Of a stretch of 64,000 bases of DNA, positions 1 to 7,788 are shown in pieces. The notes beneath the pieces are model-generated. The model searched no databases, was not told the origin of the DNA, and saw only the letters and a list, made by a program, of their open reading frames with translations. Positions within the stretch are counted from its first letter, which is position 1. Each line of letters begins with the position of its first letter. The stretch covers positions 109,843 through 173,842 of the IMG/VR virus record IMGVR_UViG_3300020477_001012; one strand, given 5' to 3'. This DNA comes from a virus. The translations under genes and the position numbers were made by a program.

Positions 1-19
1 GCGTTGTTTAGGAAATAGC

Positions 20-961
20 ATGATCAGTTTATTTAATATACCCAACTACACTATTGATACTTCAAGATTCTCCAACCTACTTCATGATGGGGTGGTGGGC
101 GAGTTAGAGGAAAACTTTGCCCAATATGTTGGGGCCAAATATGCATGCACTGCCAACAGTGCATCCAGCCTTTTGTTCTTATCGCTACTCAAATACAAAG
201 AGATTATAGATATACCTAGCACTATGCCCATAGTTGTGCCAAACGCTATAGTAACGTCTGGGAATAAAGTTAGATTTTATAACGATACGGATTGGGTTGG
301 GCACTGCTACCATCTTCACGACAATATTTTTGATTCAGCACAAGAGGTCAGGAGAAACCAATATCAAGATCTAAAGAACGACGACGCCGTGGTGATATTT
401 AGTTTCTATCCAACCAAGCCAGTTAGCGGGTGCGACGGGGGAATTGTGGTATCTAACAACAAAGACTTAATAGAATATTATAAAACCATGACAATGAATG
501 GTACCAGCTTCGCAATGGACAATTGGGACCGGAAACACACGGTCGCGGGATACAAGATGCATTGCAACTCTATACAGGCATTTGTCGCTAACGAGAACCT
601 AAAAAAAATAGACCAGAAAAATGACATTTTAGATGAAATAAGCTGTGCCTATAATAGGACTTTAGGCTATAATAATAAAAGTAGGCATCTGTATAGAATC
701 AGAGTCAGAAACAATAAAGAGTTCATACAGTACATGAAAAGTAACGGAATTCAGTGTGGGGTGCATTACGCGCATTGTCACGGTAAACCAGCATTTGTAG
801 AGGCCGAGGTGCGTCAACCTAGCGAAAGCATGCTGAAATCCGAAAAGGAGTCGCATTCAACGGTTAGTTTGCCATTCCATGAAAACCTTACAAAATTAGA
901 AATCGAAAGGGTTACAAAATATGCGTTGGACTCAGGACTACTTGACAGAGGTTCACAGTAG
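20..961 (+). CDS. DegT/DnrJ/EryC1/StrS-family PLP-dependent nucleotide-sugar aminotransferase (FdtB-like)
   Basis: ELEENFAQYVGAKYACTANSAS, DSAQ, PLP-lysine motif SFYPTKPVSGCDGG, C-terminal GIQCGVHY and SLPFHENL. Confidence 0.9.
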   Translation: MISLFNIPNYTIDTSRFSNLLHDGVVGELEENFAQYVGAKYACTANSASSLLFLSLLKYKEIIDIPSTMPIVVPNAIVTSGNKVRFYNDTDWVGHCYHLHDNIFDSAQEVRRNQYQDLKNDDAVVIFSFYPTKPVSGCDGGIVVSNNKDLIEYYKTMTMNGTSFAMDNWDRKHTVAGYKMHCNSIQAFVANENLKKIDQKNDILDEISCAYNRTLGYNNKSRHLYRIRVRNNKEFIQYMKSNGIQCGVHYAHCHGKPAFVEAEVRQPSESMLKSEKESHSTVSLPFHENLTKLEIERVTKYALDSGLLDRGSQ

Positions 962-1313
962 CGAACGTGGATCGCTAACTGTCATGGAAAAAAATATACC
1001 CTTTATTCCTAAGAGGATATTCTATGTCAAAGATGTCCCCAAGGGGTCTCGCAGGGGAGAGCATGCCCACTACAAAAACAGGCAGGTTCTCATATGCATC
1101 AAGGGCAGCATATTAGTAGAGCTAGATTATGGAAACAGGGTAGAGCAAGTGACCCTGAAAGAAAACGATGGCGTCCTTGTCGAGAATATGGTGTGGGACT
1201 CACAGGTATATCAAACTGGCGAAGACATATTAATGTCGATATGCTCTACTGAGCATAACCCTGAAGACTACATTACAGATTACGGTGTTTTTCTAAAAAC
1301 TTTAACCCCATAG
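921..1313 (+). CDS. FdtA/QdtA/WxcM-like cupin sugar 3,4-ketoisomerase
   Basis: ERGSL, PFIPKRIFYV, RGEHAH, QVLICIKGS, DYITDY motifs; overlaps the aminotransferase gene by 41 bp. Confidence 0.9.
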   Translation: MRWTQDYLTEVHSSERGSLTVMEKNIPFIPKRIFYVKDVPKGSRRGEHAHYKNRQVLICIKGSILVELDYGNRVEQVTLKENDGVLVENMVWDSQVYQTGEDILMSICSTEHNPEDYITDYGVFLKTLTP

Positions 1314-1326
1314 AGGAATCTTTACA

Positions 1327-1890
1327 ATGAAAGATCTTAAAGAAATCGTTGACATCTACACAACAGTGCGATCAGGTTTGGGTCGGCCCAAGGCCGCCTA
1401 CATTTGCGGAAGCAACCTTCATGCCGAGGGGCACGATGACGAAGTGCTTGCTATCCTGAGAGAGAAATGCGACACAGTTGATCCAGAAGGCCCGGGAGAA
1501 TACTCTGTTGGAACGCATTCTGACATTAAGTACGAAGTGCTTGTTCTGAATGGAGAGCCGGAAGCATTCGATCACCTACTCGATGGCGTGCAAATGGCAG
1601 TTTACATTGGCCCAAACACAGGAGTGAGGCAAGGGTTTAGAAACACGATGGATTGGAGCAAAAAGCACAATATCCACGACTTGATCATTACCCCTAAAGG
1701 CGCAGTCGTATATGCAATACGCGAAGTGATGGAAGTCTTACAGTCGGAACTAACCTTAACTTCAACTACACGCCCACCAGATGCTGTATGGGAAGAGACT
1801 ACAACTACCCCTGAGCCTGTGCTCGATGATCCAGAGCAACCAGTAAACACCACGCCTCCTCCAAGGGACTTCTTTTCTATGGGACAATAA
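1327..1890 (+). CDS. hypothetical protein with Pro/Thr-rich C-terminal tail
   Basis: 187-aa ORF with GAGG SD; tail TSTTRPP..TTTTPEP..TTPPP. Confidence 0.65.
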   Translation: MKDLKEIVDIYTTVRSGLGRPKAAYICGSNLHAEGHDDEVLAILREKCDTVDPEGPGEYSVGTHSDIKYEVLVLNGEPEAFDHLLDGVQMAVYIGPNTGVRQGFRNTMDWSKKHNIHDLIITPKGAVVYAIREVMEVLQSELTLTSTTRPPDAVWEETTTTPEPVLDDPEQPVNTTPPPRDFFSMGQ

Positions 1891-1893
1891 GCA

Positions 1894-2802
1894 ATGAAAA
1901 TACTACTCACCGGAGCAACTGGCTTCTTAGGAAACAACTTGGAACCTGTGTTGTCAAAGAAACATGTGGTTATTGGACATGGTTCTAGCACATGGGATCT
2001 GAGAAACCAAATGCAAACTGAGTACTGGGTGGGGCATATCAAGCCAGACGCCATTATTCACGCGGCAGGATCTGTTGGGGGTATTGGGGCTAACCAAGAA
2101 AACCCCGGAAAGTTTATGTATGAAAATCTCATTATGGGGGCCAACCTCATTCACCAAGCGTATAAGCACAAAATTCCAAAATTTATACTCTTGGGCACTG
2201 TGTGTGCATACCCTAAATACACTCCGGTTCCGTTCGTGGAAGAGGCTTTGTGGGATGGGTACCCAGAAGAAACAAATGCCCCTTACGGCATCGCCAAGAA
2301 GACGTTAATGCGGCTAGTGGAAGCATATCACGAGCAGTATGGTCTGAATGGCGTTAATCTCATCCCGGTCAACATGTATGGTCCACATGATCATTTTAAT
2401 TTGACCAGCAGCCATGTTATACCCGCCCTAATACTGAAAGTAAAAAACGCAATACAGAACAATAGCGAGTCTATCACTCTTTGGGGAACAGGGCAAGCGT
2501 CTAGAGAATTTCTATATGCCCCAGATTGCGCAGAGGCTATTTGTTTGGCAATTGAAAAAGATGTTTCACCCGAGCCAATAAATATTGGAACGGGCAGAGA
2601 AATCAAAATCTCTGAACTCATCGAAACAATAACTGACGTGATGGGCTACGACGGAAAGATCATATATGACTCTACTAAGCCTGATGGGCAACCAAGGCGA
2701 TGCCTAGATACCTCGCGGGCAAAGGAAAGGCTGGGCTTTGAAGCCAAGACTGGTCTTTTTGAGGGACTGACTAAAACAATAGAATGGTTCAGGGGGCAAT
2801 AG
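1894..2802 (+). CDS. fcl: GDP-L-fucose synthase (extended SDR epimerase/reductase)
   Basis: TGATGFLG, AGSVGGIGAN, GTVCAYPK, YGIAKK catalytic YxxxK, SHVIPALI, WGTGQASREFLY, KPDGQPRR. Confidence 0.93.
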   Translation: MKILLTGATGFLGNNLEPVLSKKHVVIGHGSSTWDLRNQMQTEYWVGHIKPDAIIHAAGSVGGIGANQENPGKFMYENLIMGANLIHQAYKHKIPKFILLGTVCAYPKYTPVPFVEEALWDGYPEETNAPYGIAKKTLMRLVEAYHEQYGLNGVNLIPVNMYGPHDHFNLTSSHVIPALILKVKNAIQNNSESITLWGTGQASREFLYAPDCAEAICLAIEKDVSPEPINIGTGREIKISELIETITDVMGYDGKIIYDSTKPDGQPRRCLDTSRAKERLGFEAKTGLFEGLTKTIEWFRGQ

Positions 2803-2803
2803 T

Positions 2804-4366
2804 ATGTGTGGTATATTTGGATCAATCAGTGACAATGCTCTTTCAGACATTTACGAGGGACTGTCTAGGCTAGAGTACCGTGGATATGACAGCTTTGGCT
2901 ATGTCCGAATTGACAACGGAAAGGTATATACATGTAGGCATCTTGGACCTATAGAAAAATCTTCGTTTACCGATGAGGCTGAGTTGGCTGTTGGGCATGT
3001 TCGGTGGGCCACCAACGGTGAAGTTACCCATGCAAACACCCACCCGCAGGCAACTGACGGGTTCTATGTGGTTCATAACGGTGTAATTGAAAACGCACCG
3101 CCACACATGCTTGATACCAAGTGGCTGGCAAACCTAATATCTTTATGCAATGGGAAGCCCAAAGAAATATACCATAAAGTACAAGGGGACAACGCCTTTG
3201 TGTTTGTTAGCGAGAACACCGAAGAGGTGTGGTGTGTTGCGAAAGGGACCAAGAGACTATTTATAACCCCCAACGGCTATGTGAGTAGTGATTTAAACGC
3301 GCTATCTGGTTTTAGTAAATCTGCGTGGATATTAGAGAACGGTGTATGCGGGCTAGATTCAGAAGAGCTGCCGTATGGCAGGGATGCGATACACGTCCCA
3401 AAGACAGACGATTTATTATTGAGTTCGGGCCATCGAATGCTCGCGGAGATCAAAGAGCAGTGCGACCTAAAGAGCTTAAGATGGCATAACATAGAAACCG
3501 ACTTAGACATAGTGGCAACGGGAAGCAGCCTGCACGCAGCTATGTTTGGGGCATACGCTTTAGAAAAACGAAAATCTATCAAGGTGAGATGCATACATGC
3601 CAGTCAAGCCAAATATAAATCAATAGGACCAAACATTCTTGCCATAAGCCAAAGCGGAGAAACAAAAGACGTGGTTAACGCTATGCAGGGAAGGGATTTT
3701 ATGTGCATTACAAATAATCCTCATTCCACGCTCTCTGGCATGTCTACAAGTCCCATTGATATGTACGCAGGAATAGAACGGGCCGTGGCGGCAACTAAAA
3801 CCTTCACTGCGTCGTGTATGAAGTTGTGCCAATCATCTGGGGTATCTTGTGGGGAAATGACCGAATGTATTGCAGACCTAATTCACAGAGTAGATGAAAT
3901 CAAACAAATTGCTGACAGGATCATGGGATATGAGCACTTTCTCTTTCTTGGAGACAGGCATAATTACCCCATAGCTCTTGAGGGCGCTCTCAAGTTTAAA
4001 GAGGTGGCTTATGTTCACGCAGAAGGAATGCCATCCTCTGAGATGAAACATGGTCCAATTGCCTTGGTAGACTACAGGGTTCCAAGCATGTTTGTTATTA
4101 CAGAGGGAGTGTCGCCAGAAACACTTGCCAATATGCAAGAAATTAAATGCCGAAAAGGGCTGGTTCTAGCCATTACCCATGATTCCATTAAGTCAGACAT
4201 AGAAAAGATAGCAGACATAGTGTTCTCGTGCAAGGACACGGGAGAGGAATTTTCCCAGTCCTTGGTGTTAAATGTTGTGCTGCAATTGTTATCTTACTAC
4301 ATAGCAGTGGAACGAGGGATAAACCCAGACCGCCCCCGTAATCTCGCTAAATGCGTGACAGTATAG
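2804..4366 (+). CDS. glmS: glutamine--fructose-6-phosphate aminotransferase (isomerizing), compact 520 aa
   Basis: N-terminal MCGIFG, LEYRGYDS, GHVRWATNG, HNGVIEN, SQSGET, AVAATKTF, EGALKFKE, KHGPIAL, C-terminal PRNLAKCVTV. Confidence 0.95.
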   Translation: MCGIFGSISDNALSDIYEGLSRLEYRGYDSFGYVRIDNGKVYTCRHLGPIEKSSFTDEAELAVGHVRWATNGEVTHANTHPQATDGFYVVHNGVIENAPPHMLDTKWLANLISLCNGKPKEIYHKVQGDNAFVFVSENTEEVWCVAKGTKRLFITPNGYVSSDLNALSGFSKSAWILENGVCGLDSEELPYGRDAIHVPKTDDLLLSSGHRMLAEIKEQCDLKSLRWHNIETDLDIVATGSSLHAAMFGAYALEKRKSIKVRCIHASQAKYKSIGPNILAISQSGETKDVVNAMQGRDFMCITNNPHSTLSGMSTSPIDMYAGIERAVAATKTFTASCMKLCQSSGVSCGEMTECIADLIHRVDEIKQIADRIMGYEHFLFLGDRHNYPIALEGALKFKEVAYVHAEGMPSSEMKHGPIALVDYRVPSMFVITEGVSPETLANMQEIKCRKGLVLAITHDSIKSDIEKIADIVFSCKDTGEEFSQSLVLNVVLQLLSYYIAVERGINPDRPRNLAKCVTV

Positions 4367-4379
4367 AAGGAGAGGAATA

Positions 4380-4823
4380 ATGAATATAGGTTTTTATATT
4401 AACTCAACAAACGTAAACCCGCCAAATGATGCAATTTTCAAAGCTTTAAATGAAGCGGTATCCAACAAGGAAGTTACAGACGCCAGCGTGTTCTATAACG
4501 ATATAGATTTTAATCCAACAGAAACAAAGTTTGGCATGTTTAACTCTACTGAGTTGTGGGCATTCACCGGAGTGCTCGTTGCCACTAGTGTGGCCAATGT
4601 GGTTCGCTCCCTGAAAATTGTCAACAAGCTTCGCCCTGTTTATCTATACCATCAAGGCGATGAGGGTAGTAAGGATCTAATGGGGTTGCTACACATAACT
4701 AACCAAGTTAAAATTATTACCAGAAGCGAACAGGACAATAAAGAAGTCTACAGACTCACTGGTGAAAAGGCCACGGTTATTCCTGATCTGAATATTTCCA
4801 AGATTTTTGAGGCATCACAATGA
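4380..4823 (+). CDS. hypothetical protein (possibly a remote glycosyltransferase-like fragment)
   Basis: 147-aa ORF with strong SD (AGGAG); MNIGFYI start resembles the first strand of GT-B folds, but this is weak evidence. Confidence 0.55.
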   Translation: MNIGFYINSTNVNPPNDAIFKALNEAVSNKEVTDASVFYNDIDFNPTETKFGMFNSTELWAFTGVLVATSVANVVRSLKIVNKLRPVYLYHQGDEGSKDLMGLLHITNQVKIITRSEQDNKEVYRLTGEKATVIPDLNISKIFEASQ

Positions 4824-5584
4824 ATAAACTTGACATAAGCATTATCAAAATGTACAATGAAGACAACAAGAGTACCTACGAAATAGCTGAGGCTCTCGGT
4901 ACGTACCCAAACAAGATTAGGAGAACCCTAAAGAAGCATGGATACGAACTGAAAGATAAAAAAACAGCACAACAGAATGCCCTAAAGAGCGGTAGAAGTC
5001 CGCACCCCACAAAGGGGAAAACAAGATCACTAGAAGAGAAAATAAAAATTAGCGGAGGCTTGGTCAACTACTGGGAAGATATGAGCGATGAGGAAAAAGA
5101 AAGAAGGGCAGAACAAGCAAAGGCAAGGTGGGAGGAGATGCCACAAGAACAAAAAGAGAAAATGAGAACGAGGGGAATAGAGGCCATCCAGAGATCAGCC
5201 AAAGAGGGATCTAAATTAGAAAGATTTTTGCTAGACAGACTGGGCAAGCTTGGATACGAGGTGAAGTTTCACCAAATGCTCATTCCCGCCGAAAAATTAG
5301 AAATTGATTTGTATATTCCCACACTCAAGACTATAATAGAAGTAGATGGGCCTTCACATTTCCTTCCCATATGGGGAGAGGAACGACTGCAAAAACAAAC
5401 GAATGCCGATCTGAGAAAAAGTGGAACTCTGCTTAGTAAAGGATATGTAGTTATCAGGGTTAAGACAGTTGGTTTTGAATCTATTAAAAGAAAGGAAGAT
5501 ATAATAAATCAGATTGCGTCTCATTTGAACAAAATTGAAACCAAGTTTCCAAAAAGATCGAAACGTTTTATTGAGGTTGAATAA
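4820..5584 (+). CDS. HTH + NUMOD3-like + DUF559/Vsr-like endonuclease (putative free-standing homing endonuclease)
   Basis: N-terminal HTH (STYEIAEALGTYPNKIRRTL), KGKTRSLEEKIKIS, C-terminal SKLE..EIDLYIP..IIEVDGPSH..GYVVIRV. Confidence 0.75.
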   Translation: MNKLDISIIKMYNEDNKSTYEIAEALGTYPNKIRRTLKKHGYELKDKKTAQQNALKSGRSPHPTKGKTRSLEEKIKISGGLVNYWEDMSDEEKERRAEQAKARWEEMPQEQKEKMRTRGIEAIQRSAKEGSKLERFLLDRLGKLGYEVKFHQMLIPAEKLEIDLYIPTLKTIIEVDGPSHFLPIWGEERLQKQTNADLRKSGTLLSKGYVVIRVKTVGFESIKRKEDIINQIASHLNKIETKFPKRSKRFIEVE

Positions 5585-6364
5585 ATGATTGATAACAGAT
5601 CGCGGGTCGACGAAGACCTGTTTAAAGATGTTGAGCTACAAACACCGGAGAATACAGAGGTTGGGACTACTGACGTTATGGATGATGGCAGACCCAACAT
5701 TGTGTCCCCCGAGTGGAATGATTTTGTCATGTCTCAATTTGAGGACAATGAACTCATAGAGGGCAGGCCAGTTGCCGCTGGTCTCAGACGTGTTGCGGAG
5801 ATGATGCTTGGGGAAATTATTTCTAGTGGACCCTCGCAAGTGTTTCCCCCAAGTGATGATAAGAGCATTGGTAGAGCCACGGTTGTGTGGCGAGTAGAGT
5901 TTTCTAATGGGACATCTTTTTCTGATGTGGCAGACTGCTGGGAAGGCAACACAGACGACACATTCTGCGTCTATGCGGTCGCAACAGCAGCTACTAGGGC
6001 AGAAGGCAGGGCGTTGAGAAAGGCTCTTAGACTGCGAACTGTGGCCGCTGAGGAGATTACCAAAAAGAATACGGCTAGTATTGCTCGCAGTATTAGCCAA
6101 GCCTCCGGCATGGAAACAACACAGGGCGAATACGAAGATCAGGGAAGAATGACTGATGCACAAGGCAACTTTATTGATGTCAAGTGCAGACAACTCAATA
6201 TTAATGGCTCTCTATTTTTCAAAGAGGCATTTGACATCTCATCAAAGCGTAAAATTACAAAGCAGCAAGCTAGTAACGCAATAGAGAGACTAAATGACTT
6301 TCAGAGAAACGAGAGTGGCGTACCAAAATCTATTTTAGGCTATAAAGAAGACTGGAGAGACTAA
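5585..6364 (+). CDS. putative Rad52/Sak-like single-strand annealing protein
   Basis: AATRAEGRALRKAL resembles the AxTxAxxRA motif of this fold; C-terminal ITKQQASNAIERL helix. Confidence 0.5.
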   Translation: MIDNRSRVDEDLFKDVELQTPENTEVGTTDVMDDGRPNIVSPEWNDFVMSQFEDNELIEGRPVAAGLRRVAEMMLGEIISSGPSQVFPPSDDKSIGRATVVWRVEFSNGTSFSDVADCWEGNTDDTFCVYAVATAATRAEGRALRKALRLRTVAAEEITKKNTASIARSISQASGMETTQGEYEDQGRMTDAQGNFIDVKCRQLNINGSLFFKEAFDISSKRKITKQQASNAIERLNDFQRNESGVPKSILGYKEDWRD

Positions 6365-6699
6365 TGAAAGTAACTTATACCACAAAGAACCATCGACTTA
6401 CAGCAGAGATTGAGGGAGATTCTCCACGAGATGTCTTCGAGAGTATCGCAAGGTTTCAGGAGGTGTTTGAAGAGAATGTATGTGGCAAATGCGGTTCTGA
6501 AAACGTAAAGCTTGTGGTAAGGAATGTCGATGACAATTTCTACTACGAAGTGAGATGTTTGGGATGCGGGGCTAGACTATCATTTGGTTCTCACAAGAAG
6601 GGAGGTGGTCTGTTTCCAAAGAGGAAAGATGGCGAAGGAAACTGGTTGCCCGACCACGGTTGGGTCAAATGGAATCCTAAAACGGAGAAAAACGAGTAG
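6364..6699 (+). CDS. Zn-ribbon hypothetical protein
   Basis: CGKC...CLGC pair; TAATG coupling to the upstream gene. Confidence 0.7.
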   Translation: MKVTYTTKNHRLTAEIEGDSPRDVFESIARFQEVFEENVCGKCGSENVKLVVRNVDDNFYYEVRCLGCGARLSFGSHKKGGGLFPKRKDGEGNWLPDHGWVKWNPKTEKNE

Positions 6700-6755
6700 C
6701 TGTTGAGAGCACAGCTAACAAAAAAGGGGGAGCATGAAGCTCCCCCTTTTCTTTT
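6697..6755. terminator. bidirectional intrinsic terminator preceded by a second hairpin
   Basis: AAAAGGGGGAGC-ATGAA-GCTCCCCCTTTT (6722-6750) with A tract before and T tract after; TAGCTGT-7nt-ACAGCTA (6697-6717); lies between convergent operons. Confidence 0.9.
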
Positions 6756-6769
6756 GCTACAATCAAAAA

Positions 6770-6976
6770 TCATTTAACGCAGTTTGGACATCCGCAATTT
6801 CCATCACAATCGCAAACATCTGCGTCAACGTGCTCGCATCCCTCTACACAGGTATCGCAGGCACAAGCCGTGTTAAGGTTTCCATCAATAATATTGTGAA
6901 ACCATGTACACTTGGCGGCAAAAACAATCATAGCCACGCCAAGCAGGATTCCACAAAGTTTAATTCTTCTTGTCAT
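6770..6976 (-). CDS. small membrane-anchored Cys-rich (metallothionein-like) protein
   Basis: AAGGAG SD; basic N-terminus plus hydrophobic helix; 11 Cys, 9 of them in the last 31 aa. Confidence 0.7.
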   Translation of the reverse strand: MTRRIKLCGILLGVAMIVFAAKCTWFHNIIDGNLNTACACDTCVEGCEHVDADVCDCDGNCGCPNCVK

Positions 6977-6986
6977 ATCTCACTCC

Positions 6987-7730
6987 TTACAGGTATTCTA
7001 AGGTAAAGTACAAACCATAATCAGTTTTGCTACCAATGCTATCTGGAGATGCGCTAAGCGCAATATACCAGTCGTGCCGCGTTGACTGGTGTGCGGAGCC
7101 TTCTTGGGTCAGCCAGTTCATGTAGCCATCGCCCGCCTCAGAGGGCAAAACCTCTGCTGCTGAGGTGTTCAGTCCGCTCATCCCCGGGGAAGCTGTGAAG
7201 GCTAAATCTGCCATTGCTTCTGGAGCATCATAAGATGTCCAGCCAAAATGATCAGAACCCCGATAAGCCAGTGACCCGCTGCCTGTGTTATGCACCTCAG
7301 TAGGATGGGGATGTCTAACTTCCATCACCTGAGTGGTCACCCCGCTAGCATGCTTGGTGATATCGTTACGATCAAAGATGCGAAGCTTGCAATTTTGAAC
7401 CCTCACAGCCTCAGAGTGTTCAAATCTGACATTTAAGGGGGCGTAATAATTAGGTACACCAGAAGTTCCTGCGGTAGAGCCGCCGTTATGAGACATGCCA
7501 CTCACGCTCACATACTTTGTATTGTTAATCTTTACGCCACTAGAAGTCCCATTAGAGTTCGTTACGTAAGATGAGTCTTGGTATTGAGAAACAGGCACAG
7601 ATATACCAAATCCGCCCCCAAAAAACCCTATCCCAGACCCGGATGTATGGTTGATTAGCGATGGATCAGTATCATATGCCGTGCTATACTGGGCTTTATG
7701 CCCGTTTGCATGGAATGTAATTGTAGCCAT
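6987..7730 (-). CDS. putative virion structural protein
   Basis: 247 aa, beta-rich, AAGGAG SD, own GTGTATAAT motif upstream. Confidence 0.6.
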   Translation of the reverse strand: MATITFHANGHKAQYSTAYDTDPSLINHTSGSGIGFFGGGFGISVPVSQYQDSSYVTNSNGTSSGVKINNTKYVSVSGMSHNGGSTAGTSGVPNYYAPLNVRFEHSEAVRVQNCKLRIFDRNDITKHASGVTTQVMEVRHPHPTEVHNTGSGSLAYRGSDHFGWTSYDAPEAMADLAFTASPGMSGLNTSAAEVLPSEAGDGYMNWLTQEGSAHQSTRHDWYIALSASPDSIGSKTDYGLYFTLEYL

Positions 7731-7759
7731 TTATTGGTCTCCTTAATAGAGTTCGTTAT

Positions 7760-7768
7760 ATTATACAC
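7760..7768 (-). promoter_or_regulatory. GTGTATAAT putative late promoter
   Basis: Intergenic, 30 nt upstream of the ATG at 7730; motif recurs five times on this strand. Confidence 0.65.
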
Positions 7769-7788
7769 GAAAATTAAGTTTTACTAGG

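Noticed and set aside
20-4366. Bacterial O-antigen locus or giant-virus (NCLDV) origin
   Set aside because: No wzx, wzy or transporter genes; the block runs directly into phage-type nuclease and annealase genes; SD-led operons and a TMP point to a tailed phage. The left flank is not visible, so this is not fully excluded.
6734-7006. 90-aa + strand ORF
   Set aside because: Starts inside the terminator hairpin and is antisense to the SD-supported Cys-rich gene.
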